64,000 bases of DNA from Blastocystis sp. Blastoise (lineage: Eukaryota; Protista; Bigyra: Opalinata). The DNA is taken from positions 744,001-808,000 of the forward strand of contig JBBPEB010000030.1 in assembly GCA_039096225.1 (NCBI GenBank). The letters are read 5' to 3'. Both the position numbers and the translations under genes were made by a program. Each line of letters starts with the position of its first letter. The first letter of the stretch is position 1. Below are positions 31,964-49,231 of the stretch, piece by piece. Below the pieces are notes generated by a model. That model made no database searches. It worked only from the letters and a program-made list of their open reading frames with translations, and was not told where the DNA came from.

Positions 31964-34542
31964 ATGAACTTTCAAGTTGGGTCAGTCTTTCGATTAGGAA
32001 AGAAAATTGGAAGCGGTGCTTTTGGAGATATCTACAATGGTGTCAATACAGACACAAGTATATATATATATATATGAGTTACACTAAAGTCACTTTTATT
32101 TTTTTTTGTTCTTTTTTAGATGAAGAAGTTGCTATAAAAATAGAACAGAAGAAGAATCCAAATCCTCAGTTGTTGTTTGAAAGTAAGTTGTATTCAGTTT
32201 TTCAAGGAGGAATTGGTATACCAAGAATGTATTGGTATGGTACAGAAGGCGCCTATAATGTCCTTGTAATGGAGCTTCTTGGACCGAACCTTGAAGATAT
32301 GTATAACTACTGTAACAGGAAATTCTCTTTAAAGACTATTTTGATGTTGGCTCAAGAAATGATTCTTCGATTAGAATTTGTTCATTCTAGAAATTTTATT
32401 CATCGTGATATCAAACCTGAAAATTTCTTATTAGGTTCAAAAACCCATCCTAATGTCGTTTATATTATCGATTTTGGTCTTTCAAAGAAATATCGTAATC
32501 CTTTAACAAAATCACATATAAAGTATTTTATTTTATTTATTATTATTTTATTATTTTTTATTTTATGATATTTTTTTATATTTTATTTTGTTTTTTTATT
32601 TTTAATTATATTTGTATTATATTTTAATTATATAAAGTATTTGAATTCTATACAATATTTTAATTCTATACAATATTATGATTATATAAAATATTATGAT
32701 TCTATTATATAATAATAATTAGGTTTGTTGAGAATAAGAGTTTGACGGGTACTCCTCGTTATGCAAGTTTAAATAATCATTTAGGAATGGAGCAATCTAG
32801 AAGAGATGATTTAGAAGCACTTGGATTCGTGTTAATGTATTTCCTTAGAGGCAAGCTTCCTTGGCAAGGATTGAATGCTGCAAATAAAAAACAAAAATAT
32901 GAACGTATTACGCGTACTAAACAATCTGTATATTATTATATTATTATATTATTATATTTATATTATTATATATTATATTTATTATATTTCATATTATTTT
33001 TATTATATTTATTATATTTAATATTATTTTTACTATGATTAACATAATCATTATTTTTATTATGATTACATTTCAGTTAAATCTATACTTTTTTATTTAA
33101 TTACTATACTCCTTTATTTACTCTTCAAATCTTTATCTTTCTCTTTTATATTTTATATAAATTATTCTACTATCTCTCTAGATTACCTTTGAAGAATTAT
33201 GTAATGGATATCCCTCTGAGTTTTGTACTTATCTCACTTATTGTCGTGGACTTAAATTCGATGAAACACCTAATTATGAATATTTACGAGGATTATTCAG
33301 TACTTGTATGATTAAGAATGTATGTCATTATAATCAATTTATATATTTATTATATGATATACTATATCTATTATAGAACTTTAAAGATGATGGTATATAT
33401 GATTGGATGGATGTAACCGTTCCTCATGATGGATCTGTATTACCTGCTCATATGAAAGATATTCACGGAAATCTTATTCCTGAATATATGAAACCTGCTC
33501 CTGTGGAATATAGAAAATCTCTTTTATGTATATATATATATATATATAGACTTATTGTATTTACTTATACTATTTATTATTATATAACTAATATAATAAT
33601 ATCAAGAATTATTATTACTATTATTCTATCTATAGTGCCAGCTCATTCTTCTTATGCTTCTCCCTCTACTACTCATCAATCTCCTTCTTACTCCTTATCT
33701 CGTCATCATGGTATGTCAGGTACTCCTCCTCCTCCTCCTCCTCCTCCTACATCTACTCCTCCTCCTCATGTATCCTATATTGATCGTAATCTATATGCTC
33801 AAAGACCTACTTACCAACAAACCAGTCCTATGAATAACTTAAATAATAATTCTATGATGAGAAGAGCAAATAGCGAAATCAAACCACCAACTAACTAGTA
33901 TATTATCATTATTTATTTTTATTATTATGTTTATTTTTATAAACATTTACTAGATATATATATTATATTCATCTATTTGACTATATTTTCTTATTACTAC
34001 ATTTCTTATTATTCTTATTCCATCTTTCCTTCTTCTCTAGTCGGGTTGTTCCTTCCGCTGCCTCTAATAATACTCCTGTCGGATACCCTCAAATGACTAA
34101 CAATGCTGTTAGTAACACCTATCTAGCACGTGCCAATCCCTCGATGTCTCCTACCAATCGCGCTAATATCTCTTCCATGAATAACTCTATGAATAACCTC
34201 TATATGCAACAACAACAACAACAACAACAACAAGTAATGTCTAATTATAATGGTCTTTCTGTTCCTCAAGTTTCTCGTACATATAATGCTGTAGAAGAAC
34301 GAGCTAAACCCACACCTCTATATTCAGGTAATACTGCTACTAGTGGATTCAAAAACCTATTTAAACCTCATCAAAATAAAGTAGCTACCAATCCTAATAA
34401 TGGAATGATGAATTCCCAAGGGAATATGCCAACTACTATGGGTTCAGAAGGTCAAATAAATGGAGTCGTTACTTATAATACAGAAGAAGAAGCCCAAAAA
34501 CCTCATCGACGATTTTTAAATCCATTTAATATGAGAAAGTGA
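31964..34542 (+). CDS. Casein kinase I with long low-complexity C-terminal tail, 7 exons
   Basis: [52 protein letters not shown]. Confidence 0.95.
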
Positions 34543-35715
34543 ACAATAGAATTCACTTATTATTTCCTTTCTTTATTCACTTACTTATTATTTTATGTTT
34601 TCTAATTCTCAATTCAAATCACTTGAAATTCATTATATATATATATATTCATTTTTATCTCTAATATTATACAATTCCATTATTTCATTTTTTTTTTTAT
34701 TTTATACTAAATATATATTTCCTTAATTATAATACTTCATTTTTTTTTTTTTTTTTTAATTTTAATTTTTAATTATCTTCATATTCTTTTTTTTTAATTA
34801 TTCATTATGTTTCTAGTATAGACATTTTTTTTTAATTCTATACTTTTCTGTATATTTACTTCTAAATTTGCCATATATCTATTTATAATATCTATTCTGT
34901 TTTTTTTTATTAACTTTTTTTATTTTCTTATATATATATATTCATTTTCCATTTGACTTATTTTTAAATGATTAATTCTAACATATCTTATATATGCCAT
35001 ATATTTATTTTTAAATATTTTTAGAAGTATAAATGAATAATTCAATTTTTTTCTTGTTTTGATTACGTAATTCTTTTTATTCAATTTTACGATAAGAATA
35101 AACAATAATTAATTATGATCACTACTATTTATCATTGATATATACGTTTTTAACAAAATAACAACACTAATTTTGAAGAATTCAACATTTAAATAATAAA
35201 ATTATAGAATTGAATGTTAAAGATGTTTCCTATATATATTAAAATATACTATACGTAATATAAACATCATAAGAATAACTATTCTTTCATTAGTAGTTCA
35301 CTGAATAAAAATTAATTTAGATTTATCTCTATTAAAGTACTAAATAATAATATTATACATTTTCCTTCATAATGAAAATAGTCTAGTTACTAAAAACATG
35401 AATAAATGTTCTTTTAGTAAGAATCAATTTGTTCCGAAAGTCATTCTATATACACCCATTTCATATAGTATGTCTTCATGCTAAAAAACACAATAGTATA
35501 TCAATAATACGTATATATATTCAATGAGATATTCATTTTAAAAAACAATAATCCAAATAAAAAACACATACTGAGAAAAGAGATATTTTCACGAATATCT
35601 CGAAATATTTTCGATTGAGATTTGTGTTAACAGATTAAACAATAAATATTATTTATTTATTGTTAAATCTATAAATATATTTATATAAATCATAAAATAA
35701 CTTCGTTTATATACA

Positions 35716-36939
35716 ATGATGAATATGAAATACATATTGTTGATTAGTTTGATACTAAGCGTAGTCTCTGCAAAGAAATGGGCAGTTCTTGTTGCTGGTT
35801 CAGAAGGTATTGAAAATTACAGACATCAAGCAGATAACGCTCATGCCTACCATATGCTTATAAATCATGGATATGATCCAGAGCATATCATTGTTTTTTC
35901 GAAGAATGATGTTCCTAATGATAAAGAAAATCCTATTCCTAATACTTTGTATAATCGCCCTGGGAATGATTCTATTAATTACTATGAGAATTATGTTATA
36001 GATTATGAAGGAGCCGATAATACACCCGATAATTACGTGAAAGTCCTTTTAGGCGATAAATCTACTGGAAAGAAAGTATTAGAGACTACTGAAGATGATA
36101 TCATATTCTTAGCATTCTATGATCATGGCCAATTTGGTAGAATATCATTTCCTAACGATGATTTGACCGCTGACGTATTACAGAGTACTTTTAAACAGAT
36201 GAAAGAGAAGAAAATGTTTAAGAGAATTGTTTATTATATGGAAGCTTGCTTTTCTGGATCTATGTTTTATTTGCATGATACAATTGATGGTATTTATGCT
36301 TTAACAGCTGCATATGCTGGTGAGTCATCCTGGTCTTATTATTGTGGTGATGAAGCTGTCGTTAATGGAGTTAAATTTGATACTTGTCTTGGTGATGAGT
36401 TTGCTATTCGTTGGATGGAGAATGTTGATGAAGGTAATCTTGCACAAACATTTAGAGAGCATGCTGAGAATATCACAGAACAAGTCAAAATGTCTCATGT
36501 AACTCGTTATTTTGATTTTTCATTTGAAAATGATACTATTGCCGAAGTTTTTCAAGGAGATTTGGTATATGTGAAAATGAATAGAAATCAGAAATTTATT
36601 GAAGGAACAAGAGATGATATTTACTTGAATAAATTACATTATTTATCAAGAAAGTTATTAAGTTTCCCAGAAAGTGAGTATTACAAATCTGAATATGAAA
36701 ATGAGAAAAAGAAGATAGAATTGATCGATACATATTTTTCAGATTTATATAATCGTTTGATCAGCAATAAGATTATCGATATGAATAGTTTAGATAAAAG
36801 AATAGACGATTGGAAATGTTATAATAGTGTTGTAAATAAGGTACGTGAAAGATTTGGTAGAAATGATTATTTGAATAAATATGTAAGTTCTCTTGGCTTT
36901 ATTTGTAATCAAATAAAAGATTTAGATCAATATTTGTAA
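35716..36939 (+). CDS. Legumain (C13 asparaginyl endopeptidase), intronless
   Basis: Signal peptide, KWAVLVAGS, NYRHQAD, catalytic DHG and EAC. Confidence 0.95.
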   Translation: MMNMKYILLISLILSVVSAKKWAVLVAGSEGIENYRHQADNAHAYHMLINHGYDPEHIIVFSKNDVPNDKENPIPNTLYNRPGNDSINYYENYVIDYEGADNTPDNYVKVLLGDKSTGKKVLETTEDDIIFLAFYDHGQFGRISFPNDDLTADVLQSTFKQMKEKKMFKRIVYYMEACFSGSMFYLHDTIDGIYALTAAYAGESSWSYYCGDEAVVNGVKFDTCLGDEFAIRWMENVDEGNLAQTFREHAENITEQVKMSHVTRYFDFSFENDTIAEVFQGDLVYVKMNRNQKFIEGTRDDIYLNKLHYLSRKLLSFPESEYYKSEYENEKKKIELIDTYFSDLYNRLISNKIIDMNSLDKRIDDWKCYNSVVNKVRERFGRNDYLNKYVSSLGFICNQIKDLDQYL

Positions 36940-37134
36940 TATATATATGTTATATATTTATGAATTATAGAACTAATAAAAAAGTTTTAAATGTAAATTT
37001 GTATTTGTTTTGTTTTGTTGTAGATATATAAAGTTTTAGAAGAAGGAGAATATAATTAAAGTTTAAATTTGTATAACAAAATAATTATTAAAATAATAAT
37101 AATAATAATCTATTATAATAAAAAAAGTGAATAA

Positions 37135-39171
<2,037 letters not shown>

Positions 39172-39956
39172 AATATCTATATCTATATTTATATTTCAAG
39201 AAAACAAAGAAAATCAAATAATATTAATATTAATTGAAAAAATAATAATTTTAGGGAGAGAAAACATATTTTTCTTTTTTTTTTAAAAAGGATACACTTC
39301 TCAACTATATTTTATTCTTTAAAATATTTAATTAAATTAGAATTATTTATAGGATATATATATATATGTATATATATATATGTTTTCTATAAAAATAATA
39401 CATTTTTAAAAATTGTCGTGTTTTCCATTTCATTCTATTAGAATCTAATTCTTCTTATTCAATTCATATATCTCCGTATTTTCAAATATATTCAATACAT
39501 CTCTTTTTAAAGTATTTGAAAAGTCATAATTGACAAAAACTTATAAATTATCTCTTTCAAAAACATATGAGAAAGAAAAATCAATGCTGACAATCATATC
39601 CAATAAGAAGAAATCTAAAAAAAAAATCTTTATTTTCCAAATCTTTCCTTAATAGAAACAACTATAGATCGTTAAACATAAAAAAAGAAGAAAGAGAAAA
39701 AGACGAATAAATTCCAGAAAATTCCAACGAATCATCTTCATCCGATTTCTCTATAAACTTCTAAAAATCAAATGACTTTTCCAGTTCTTCTGTATACAAA
39801 CAATCTTTCTATCTTTTGGTTCTTTATGCTCTCTTCACTTGAAATAAGGTTCATTTATTTCTCATAAATAATTTATTTCTTAATAACAAAGAAGATAATT
39901 TATTAATTTGCTTTCGATACTTTTAAATCGTTATTATTTCTTTTTCATAAATAAAA

Positions 39957-40699
39957 ATGCCTGCTATTACTTTAAAATATTTCAATATTAAGGGACGTGG
40001 TGATGCTATTCGTCTTGCTCTTGAACTTTCTGGTGCTGAATATACTGATGAGAGATTTGGTTTTGATAAATGGCCTGCTATAAAAGCTGCTGGTATAGCT
40101 GATGGTTCTATTCCTTTTGGACAACTTCCTCAACTCACTTTTGATGGCTTTAATCTTGTTCAAAGTCTTACTATTCTTCGTTTTATTGGTCATAAATTTA
40201 ATCTTGAAGGCTCTGATGAACATTCTATTTATTTTGGTCAAATGATTATGGATTCTTTTGAAGACTTTATTATTTCTTTCTTTAAAGCTGCTTTCTCTCC
40301 TAATAAAGAAGAAGACTTAAAGAAATTCTATGGTAAATAGTTATTATTTTATTTATATATTTATTATTTTATTTATATATTTATTATTTTATTTATATAT
40401 TTATTATTTTATTTATATATTTATTATTATTTATATTATTATTATTATTATATTTATTATATTATTTATATTATTTATGTTATTTATTATTATTATATTT
40501 ATTTATATATTTACTATTATAGAAACTTCTTTTGTCAGTTTTATGACCGCTTTTGAAAAACTTTTCGATACTTATGAAGGTAAATATTGGTTAGGTGATA
40601 AGGCTACTGTTGTTGATTGTCTTGCTTATTCTATCTTAGATCAAATCGTACCTGCTGCTCCTTGTACTAAAAATTATCCTAAAGTCATTCAATCTATGG

Positions 40700-40757
<58 letters not shown>

Positions 40758-40822
40758 TTTAGAAGGATTTTGAACAAGTTGAACAAATCAAGAAATATCT
40801 TGAATCTGGAAGAAGAGAATAA
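39957..40822 (+). CDS. Glutathione S-transferase (sigma/pi-like), 3 exons
   Basis: LKYFNIKGRGDAIRL, PFGQLPQL, QSLTILRFIG. Confidence 0.93.
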
Positions 40823-41113
40823 ACTATAATTATATAGAATGTATTTATTGATTCTTTTCTATATATTTGTCATACTTTCATTTTTTGCTAGTGCTTGTTC
40901 TTCTCTTTATTATATTTTTATTGTTATTAAAATAAAAAAACAATATGAATTAATATAGATTAGAATTTATATTCAATTATTACTATTCTAATTGTTTTGT
41001 TATTAGTTCTTAAATAATATTTTTATTCTAATTATTATTTATCTCAAACAATTAGTACAACACAGAATTATTTATGAAAGAAGTTTTTACATCTATTTAA
41101 AAGAAAATAAGAA

Positions 41114-41904
41114 TTATTTATTAGGTTCCTTCTCCTGTTGTTCTACAATACCTTCAGGAGTAACTACTTGAACAGCTTCAACATCATTCATTTCCATACC
41201 CTTCTCTTCTTCTTGTAGGACTTTATATAAATAGGGTTTTGTTGTATTAATAGTTGAAGGAAGTATATGACCAATACAACTGAATAAACACATAAATATA
41301 CCAATTAACTAAATATATATAGATTTATAATTAATATAAAACTAATGTATTCTAAGAAAATAATTAATAAACTCAAATAGAAAAGAATGATAATAACACA
41401 AAAAAAAATAAATCATATCAATATATATATATATACATAGAAAGCAAGACCAAAGTTCAAGGGGAACGGACGATCTTGGGAGCAGGACCAGGCAAAAATA
41501 GTACTTCCAATAGAAGGACCCTATATATATATAAATAATGAGTTACAAGTATATAAAGAAATAGAATTAATTCTATTATAATGTATATATACAATTGCTC
41601 GACCAATAGATGCAAAGACTTGTCCTAAGCCATTCACTTTCCCACGGAAATCCATATATGTAGAATTCGTAATAAGAACCATAACAGATGTACAAATGAA
41701 TTAAGAAAAATAGTATGATCCAAAAAAATATATATATATTAATTGAAATATATAAGTAGATATGTGAAGTTACATTGTCGAATACAGATAGCAAATGTGA
41801 CAATACACAATATACTAAACCATTGAAGCTAGAATATATAAAGTAAAAAGAAAATAAATATGATGATAAAATAATATTTTATATAATAAATTTGATAATA
41901 AGAG

Positions 41905-41970
<66 letters not shown>

Positions 41971-42221
41971 CATTCGTAACTAGTATTACTCAAACTGGCT
42001 AAGGGATGTAATGCGAGAGAAATGCCATAAATATACCCACTGTATATAAAATGTGTTTTATATGTAATTATTTTGGTGAGGATAGGGAAGATAACAGGTA
42101 TATAGTTAAGATCAATATAGAGTTGAAGTGTGAAGTATAAAGAATAACATAATAATTTATAACGACTTTATAATGAGTAGAGAGTATATTATTGTAAAAT
42201 ATAGAATACATAGAAGAGAAG

Positions 42222-42307
<86 letters not shown>

Positions 42308-44413
42308 ATATGAGCAAATACAACCTGTACAGGTCCAAGACCACAATATAACCAACCTATAATAATCATAATAATCATAATAATTATAATAATTATTATT
42401 ATAATAATCATAATCATAATAATAATCATAATAAGTATAATAATAATAATCATAATAAGTATAATAATCATAATAATCATAATCATAATCATAATCCTAA
42501 GTATAACATACCAATATCATTTTGGTCCCAGAGGAATCCTCCCTTGGAGATGGGATTCAGAAGCCATAAAGGTAGTAAAGCATCTTGTGTTCCTTGAATT
42601 AAAGAGGTCAGACCTAGAGAGAAACAGGGAGTAAGAGAGAAAGAAAAGATATATATAGGATAGAGAATGTGGAGAATAGACAGTATATAAAGATATTTAA
42701 TACACTATGAGATGAAGTAGATATAAATAAAAGATACAAATATATATATATATATATTTAAAATATTTCAAAAAAGATTATAATTGGACATCATATAGTA
42801 TATATAAAATATATTTATATATTGAGAAATGAATAATATAATAAGATTTAATTTTTAAAAAAATATTTTTCTGATTGAATAAAATATATAATGAATACCA
42901 TAGAATAAGCATGTAAGAACTACATCTTTTTGTTTGATCATATCCCAGTATGTATCTTTAGTAATAGCAATAAGATGAGTTTCATAAACAGTAGGAACAT
43001 AATTAGGATCCTTCGACATCTTCTCTTTAATTGTTTGAACCTTCTTCTATATATATATATATATATATAACCTAATATATTCTATATTTTATTATATACA
43101 TAATTATATATTTTATTATATACATTACTATATTTATTATATACATTATTATATTTATTATATACATTAGTATACATTATTAAATAAATAACTTGGAAAA
43201 GTTATATAAATGGCACAAAAATATTAATAAATAAACAGAATATGATATATAGTGTATAAGAAGAACATCTATTCATTTGAAAATACCTTATTATGTTGTT
43301 TCATTTCTTCAGCTTTAATAATATCCTTTCGACATAGGGATTCTGGAGCACATATAATCGTGATTATAAAGACAAATAAACAGAATATGGATCCAATAAA
43401 ATGAGGAAGGAAGAAAGGAAACTAAAAGTTAGGGATCAGAAAATTATATACATATAGAACAATAAATTACAAGAATGAATATTATATATATAGATATTTA
43501 TATTTATATATTTATTAAAAGTATGAATAGATCAATTATATTAACATAAATTTCTTAATATATGTAATAATTACTTATATATACTTCACCAAATATCGGG
43601 AATGTCTTTACAAATTCTGGGAAATAATACTGGGGATTAGCAAAGGAACCTCCCACAAGAGGTCCTACAATTCTATATATAAAGCAAATAATAAAATAGT
43701 AAGAGAAAACTATTGTAGAAATAAATCAGTTCTAATAATAATAACAATAATAATAATAATATATATAGAATACCTTGCAACTCCCTGAGCTGTAGAAATA
43801 AGTGAGAATCCGGTAGCCATAGTATGACTTGAACAAATTTCACTGACATATGTTTTAACAATACCTAATGTAGAATTCAATAGTCCCCAAATGAAACGAG
43901 CAGCCATAGCTTCAGCATAAGATCTGGACAATCCAAACCAAGAAAAACATATACAAGTTCCTGTAATGTATTATTATATTATATTATCAATAATATCCTT
44001 GTAATATATATATAAATACATAAATAAATAATAAATAATAAATAATAAATAAAATAAATAAATAAATAATAAATAAATAATAAATAATAAATAAATAATA
44101 AATAAATATATATATATATAAATATACCTAAAGTACTAATTAAAAGGCAAGGTTTTCTTCCAAACTGATCAGCAAACCAGCCCCATAAAAGATTTCCAAT
44201 AACTCCACCAACGGAATAAATACCTACTAAGTATCCTGAGTAAAATCCTGTTTCCGTTTGAGGAATATCAGGAAAGAACATTTGGCACATAAAAGGTATA
44301 TTTGGTATACTGACGTTGACACAGAAAAGATCTAGAAATGAAAGACACACTACAGATACCATTGGCCAAAAAGGTAGTTTTTTTGCATTTGGATCAGCTA
44401 CAAACACTTTCAT
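41114..44413 (-). CDS. MFS transporter (ZIFL1/DHA1-like), 11 exons
   Basis: Motif A WGWFADQFGRKP, IVGPLVGG, FPFFLP, GKVNGLGQ, GPSIG; multiple TM helices. Confidence 0.9.
41690..41763 (-). other. U12-type AT-AC intron
   Basis: AACTTCAC|atatctac...ttcttaattcatttgtac|ATCTGTTATG gives NFTSVMVLITNS. No AG in the interval; branch-like TTCTTAAT. Confidence 0.75.
42098..42311 (-). other. U12-type AT-AC intron
   Basis: TTTGCTC|atatccat...gatcttaactatatac|CTGTTATC gives VFAPVIFPIL. Branch site TCTTAAC 7 nt from the 3' end. Confidence 0.8.
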
Positions 44414-45718
44414 TGTCAACGATAGATTGTTGAGATAAAAGTTTATTCAATTATGGGGTTTGATCACCCAAAAAATAATTAATTGTAAAAAAAGAAAAAA
44501 CAGTTTTAAGCCAATTAAAATGTTTCTCCAATGATTTTCGTTGAAAATTATTCAGGCTTGAATTCAGTATTTAAAAAGTTAACAGAAATACAATTGATTT
44601 CTATGGTTTCTTTTAATATAACCAAACAAATATATAAATAAACGATAAATAAATGATAAAATAGAGAGTATGAAACATATATAAATATAAAAAAGATGAT
44701 TTTGAACGATAGATATGAAGTATAGATTATATTAAATGAAAAACAAACGGTAATGAAACAATATGACAAACAACGATAGACTCTTCTAATAAATCAAATA
44801 AGCGAAGTTGATAATCATGTAGAAGAAGAAGACTTCAAAATAATAATGGTAAAAATATAGAAGAATATATATTGAGAAAATTCAATTTATTTCTTGTTGT
44901 AAATAAGCCTAGAAATAAATAGCTGAATAGGATGATTGTGAGTTCCTAAATGAAGATAATATATAGAAACGAATAAGAAAGGATGATAACAGATAGAAGG
45001 TAGAAAAGACAATATAGATTGTGACATAAGTAAATAAACGAGAAAGGAAGTGAAAAAAAAAGTAATAACATAAATATATATAAATATTTAGTTAAAAAGA
45101 TGAACAAAGTTGTCAAGAAAAAGACAAAGAAATGATAGAAAAAAAAGTAGACTTAAAAATAGAAAATAAGAATGCTCCTGAAAAAGGAAATAAGATTGTA
45201 AAAATATAGTTATATATCTTTAAAAAAAAACAATACATAAGTAAAATAAATATAGAACTCAAAATGATTATATATTTATTACTTGAATGTAGAAGTTTAT
45301 TGGCAATGGTTATAAAAATATAAAGATATAATTATAGTATATAGACATATATTTGCGTAGATCAAGTTCATTTCTAATGTTGAAGAAAATCACTAATGAA
45401 ATTGATACTTGATAATATATATATATATATAAATGAGAATAGAAATATAATAAAAAAAAATAGTTGATATTCTATAATAAAAAGAGAAAAATTATGTTGA
45501 ATAAGAAATACAAGAAAAAGATATTTTAATATATAAAATAGAAAAGAAAAGAAGAAAAAGATATTGATATAAGAATATTCAAAAAGAAAATGAACATATA
45601 GAAAAAAAATAGTTTTCGATACATGAGAAAAAAGAAAAAGAATAATACAAGGCAACGAAAAGAGGGCAACGAAGACGCAAAAACGGTGAATAAATGAGAA
45701 AAGAGAAAAAGTAAGGAG

Positions 45719-48289
45719 TTAATGGAGATTGAAAAAGGATAGCATTTGATCAACTCCCGCGGTAATAAGAGTACCTGTAGAAACTGAATAGGCGATAGAT
45801 GTGATAGATTCATCATACATAGTATCATGAATATCCTATAGATATACAAAAAGAGATAATTAAAAGAGGAAATAGCGAAGATACAAATAAGAATATAGTT
45901 CGGTATATAAATATACATTAAGTTCTTGAATGCATGTACGTTGTTTAAGATCCCATACACGTAGTGATCCGTCATAGGATGACGTCACACATACGTTATA
46001 ACCATCTGGAATGACCATGGATGAGATCGAATCATTATGCGCCTTCCATTGAGTAGCCACGTGACAGTCACGTGTATCATAGAAGCATAAGGATCCTGAT
46101 TTATTTCCCGTGAGAAAAAGAGACATATCGGGATGACTACACATCTTAAAAATCTATAGAATATGTATATAAGCCAAGGAATGATGAAGGAAATATAGAA
46201 AGAAAAGAAGTAGTCATTTTAGATATATATATATATACTGCATCATTTTTGATTGAGGATGAATACGTAAATGTAGACACTTGTTGCATTAAATCCACTA
46301 AACTTAAATCTCCATTATTCATTCCAACTCCAAAAGAAAAAGAATTGGTACTTGCATAGCAAACTGAAGTTGGAATAATGCTGATCATTCCCGCGGGACT
46401 CTGTGATGACGTAGTAAGATAGTCGCAAAGATAAGGTTCGGAGTCGAATGTATCAAAGGAATCTATAGGAATTATTGTTAAGAGAGTAAAGAATAGAGGA
46501 GAACAATAGATAGAAAGACACTAGTATTTATTATATCTAATATATATCAACATACATCACTATATAATGTAATATATATTCTATATATACCTGATAGATT
46601 CCAAAGGAATACATTTTGGTCGGTAGAGCAAGAGACAAGAATAGAATTATTGGGATGAGAGGCTAGGGAGAAGATGGAGTCATTATGACCATATAATACA
46701 TGCTTTCTATATATAGACAGAATAGATAGACAAATAAATATAATATAGTATTATATATATTGAATATTATATATAAATATATAAAAATATAGTTATATAA
46801 TATATATTCAAAGATGAGTATTAATATAAAATAAATAAAAATATAGGAATAAAAATAGATAATGAAAAACTATATATATACAATTTATTTGAGGAAATTG
46901 ATTCATCATAATTTGATTGGTCCGTAAAAGAAAGGTCCCAAATGTGTATTTTACGATCCATCCCCGCGGTAATGAATCGATTGGTTTTCGACATAAAGGT
47001 GGAGGTTAATATAGGTCCTGAATGATCACCAAGTGTATATTGTGGAATAGCATTCAAAGATGGACTATGTAATTGTAAATAGGAGAATAATATATGGATT
47101 ATAATATGTATAATTATAATAAAATTAATAATTACATATAATTATAATAAAAATAAAAATTATATATAATTATAATAAAAATAATAATTACATATAATTA
47201 TAATAAATCTAAAAATTATATATAATTATAATAAATAAAAAATTACAAGTATAATAAAAATATATATATAATCAAATAAAAAAATTACATATAATCAAAT
47301 AAAAAAATTACATATAATCAAATAAAAAAATTACATATAATCAAATAAAAAAATTACATATAATCAAATTAAAAATATATATATAATCAAATAAAAAATA
47401 TATATATAATCAAATAAAAAATGATATATAATAAAATGTTAAAATCATAGCATACTGTTTTATATTCCAGACGCTGATGCATCCTTCGTCAGAGGTTGAG
47501 ATTAAATAAGGAAGACAAGGGTGTGTGGTGATTGAACGAATAGGAGAAACAGGACTATATATATATATACATTAAATAAAAATTAATAAAGAATAAAATA
47601 TTCATAAATTCAAAACAAATTAATAATACTGTATGAATAGAATGTAATATTAAAAAAAAATACAAGTTATAATGACAAAAATTAGATAATAAATGAAACG
47701 GGAGGTAACTGTTAGGATTCATATAATAACAAAGAGGGAAAAAGTCTTTAGATGAAGATCGTGGATTTGTACTAGAATTGATACTCTTAAACTCTGATAA
47801 ATCTGAAAAGTTATTTGAACCTATATATATATATTTAAATAGTTAAGAAGACAAAAATAAAATATAAACACTATCATACGAAGAGAAGTCGAGAATGGTA
47901 ATATAATGTTGGTTTCTTCAATGGACTTTGAAGGTTTTGAAGGAGCAGGAGAAAAAACTGTAGATAATACATTCTTCTGCTCTTTTTCAAAATGGTTTTT
48001 ATTGCTACATGAATCACAAGAACCATGGCTCGAACTATCGTCACAGTCTGAGGATATAATTATTTTATTTTCAGAATCATCAGAACTAGAAGAGAGAATT
48101 CTACTGGATGAGTAATAAAAAGAATTTGGATTTTCACATATATTCAAGGAGTCATAGGAGTCAGCTAAGTGCATATTGTCAATATCACGAAATGACTCTG
48201 GATTTACATTAAGTGGCAAAGTAAGTAATGAGTCACCTAAAAAACTTGTGAATTCAAAAATAAGTAAAGTAGATACAACACCGTTTCAT
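45719..48289 (-). CDS. WD40-repeat protein, striatin-like C-terminal propeller, about 9 exons
   Basis: WD repeats (GDHSGPI...IWD, GHNDSI...LWN, AHNDSISS...SSYDGSLRVWD) and striatin-like end HDTMYDESITSIA...TAGVD. The 5' exon is uncertain. Confidence 0.75.
47270..47425. repeat. Intronic minisatellite, ~22-23 bp unit
   Basis: About 7 copies of ATCAAATAAAAAAATTACATATA-like units. Confidence 0.8.
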
Positions 48290-48886
48290 TGTTACTTAGA
48301 AGATAATCAGCATCAAAACTTAAACAAATAAATAAAAAATTATCTTTAACGAAGAAAATTTCTGTATAATTCGCCTGTAGATGAAAGAAAAATCGTGGTT
48401 TTTTATACTTTTTCATCGGATTGCTTTTGTCGTCTTTTTAGCATTGTTTGAATTCAAATACATGTGATTAGCTGTTAAGATCAAATATATATAGTTATCA
48501 CATACAACTAATAACTTTATTTTTATAAATTCACACAAAAAATAACTGAAATCTTCTTGTACCCTATTGTATTTTCAAAATAAATTTTTGGTTTGTATTT
48601 TCTATATGATGATGATGCTTATAAACCCTTTTGGGTATGTCGAAAAACAAATCATATCATTAATCACCGAAATGGTTGTCAAGTCCTCTTAATGTTTCAT
48701 ATTAATTTCATTCCACTTTATTTTTAGACTAATATACTGTTTTATTTAAGATATTAAAATGATGCCAAATTATCTGAATAATAAATAATGAAGTTTCTAC
48801 TAAAAACTGCAATGGATAGGCATCACATGTTAATTAAGCTTAGATGTTCTATATAATACATGTATGAAAAACACAAATACCACAGA

Positions 48887-48959
48887 GCTTAGATAGTATA
48901 GTTGGTCAGTACTCCACGTTGTGGCCGTGGTAACCCGTGTTCGAATCACGGTCTGAGCA
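48887..48959 (+). tRNA. tRNA-His(GTG)
   Basis: Acceptor GCTTAGA/TCTGAGC, anticodon arm CCACG-TTGTGGC-CGTGG, T-loop GTTCGAATC, A73, downstream T-run (Pol III terminator). G-1 is not encoded. Confidence 0.96.
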
Positions 48960-49158
48960 TTTTTTATTCTTTTAACTAAAATTTTTACACAAAAATAATG
49001 TAAATCATCATTTTTATCACAGATTTATAGTTATATATTGGCTTCAGTTCATAGAACTGATCGTCGTTGTTGTTTAAAACAATATATGATTATAATCTTC
49101 TATGATTTTCATTATTCTTGGACAAAACTCAATAATATATAAATGAAAAAAATAAAAA

Positions 49159-49231
49159 TGCTCAGACCGTGATTCGAACACGGGTTACCACGGCCACAAC
49201 GTGGAGTACTGACCAACTATACTATCTAAGC
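49159..49231 (-). tRNA. tRNA-His(GTG), identical copy
   Basis: Exact reverse complement of 48887-48959, followed by a T-run. Confidence 0.96.

Noticed and set aside
48604-48780. Possible intergenic C/D snoRNA (ATGATGA ... CTGA) upstream of tRNA-His
   Set aside because: The C box is part of a (GAT)n run; no convincing terminal stem or identifiable guide sequence.
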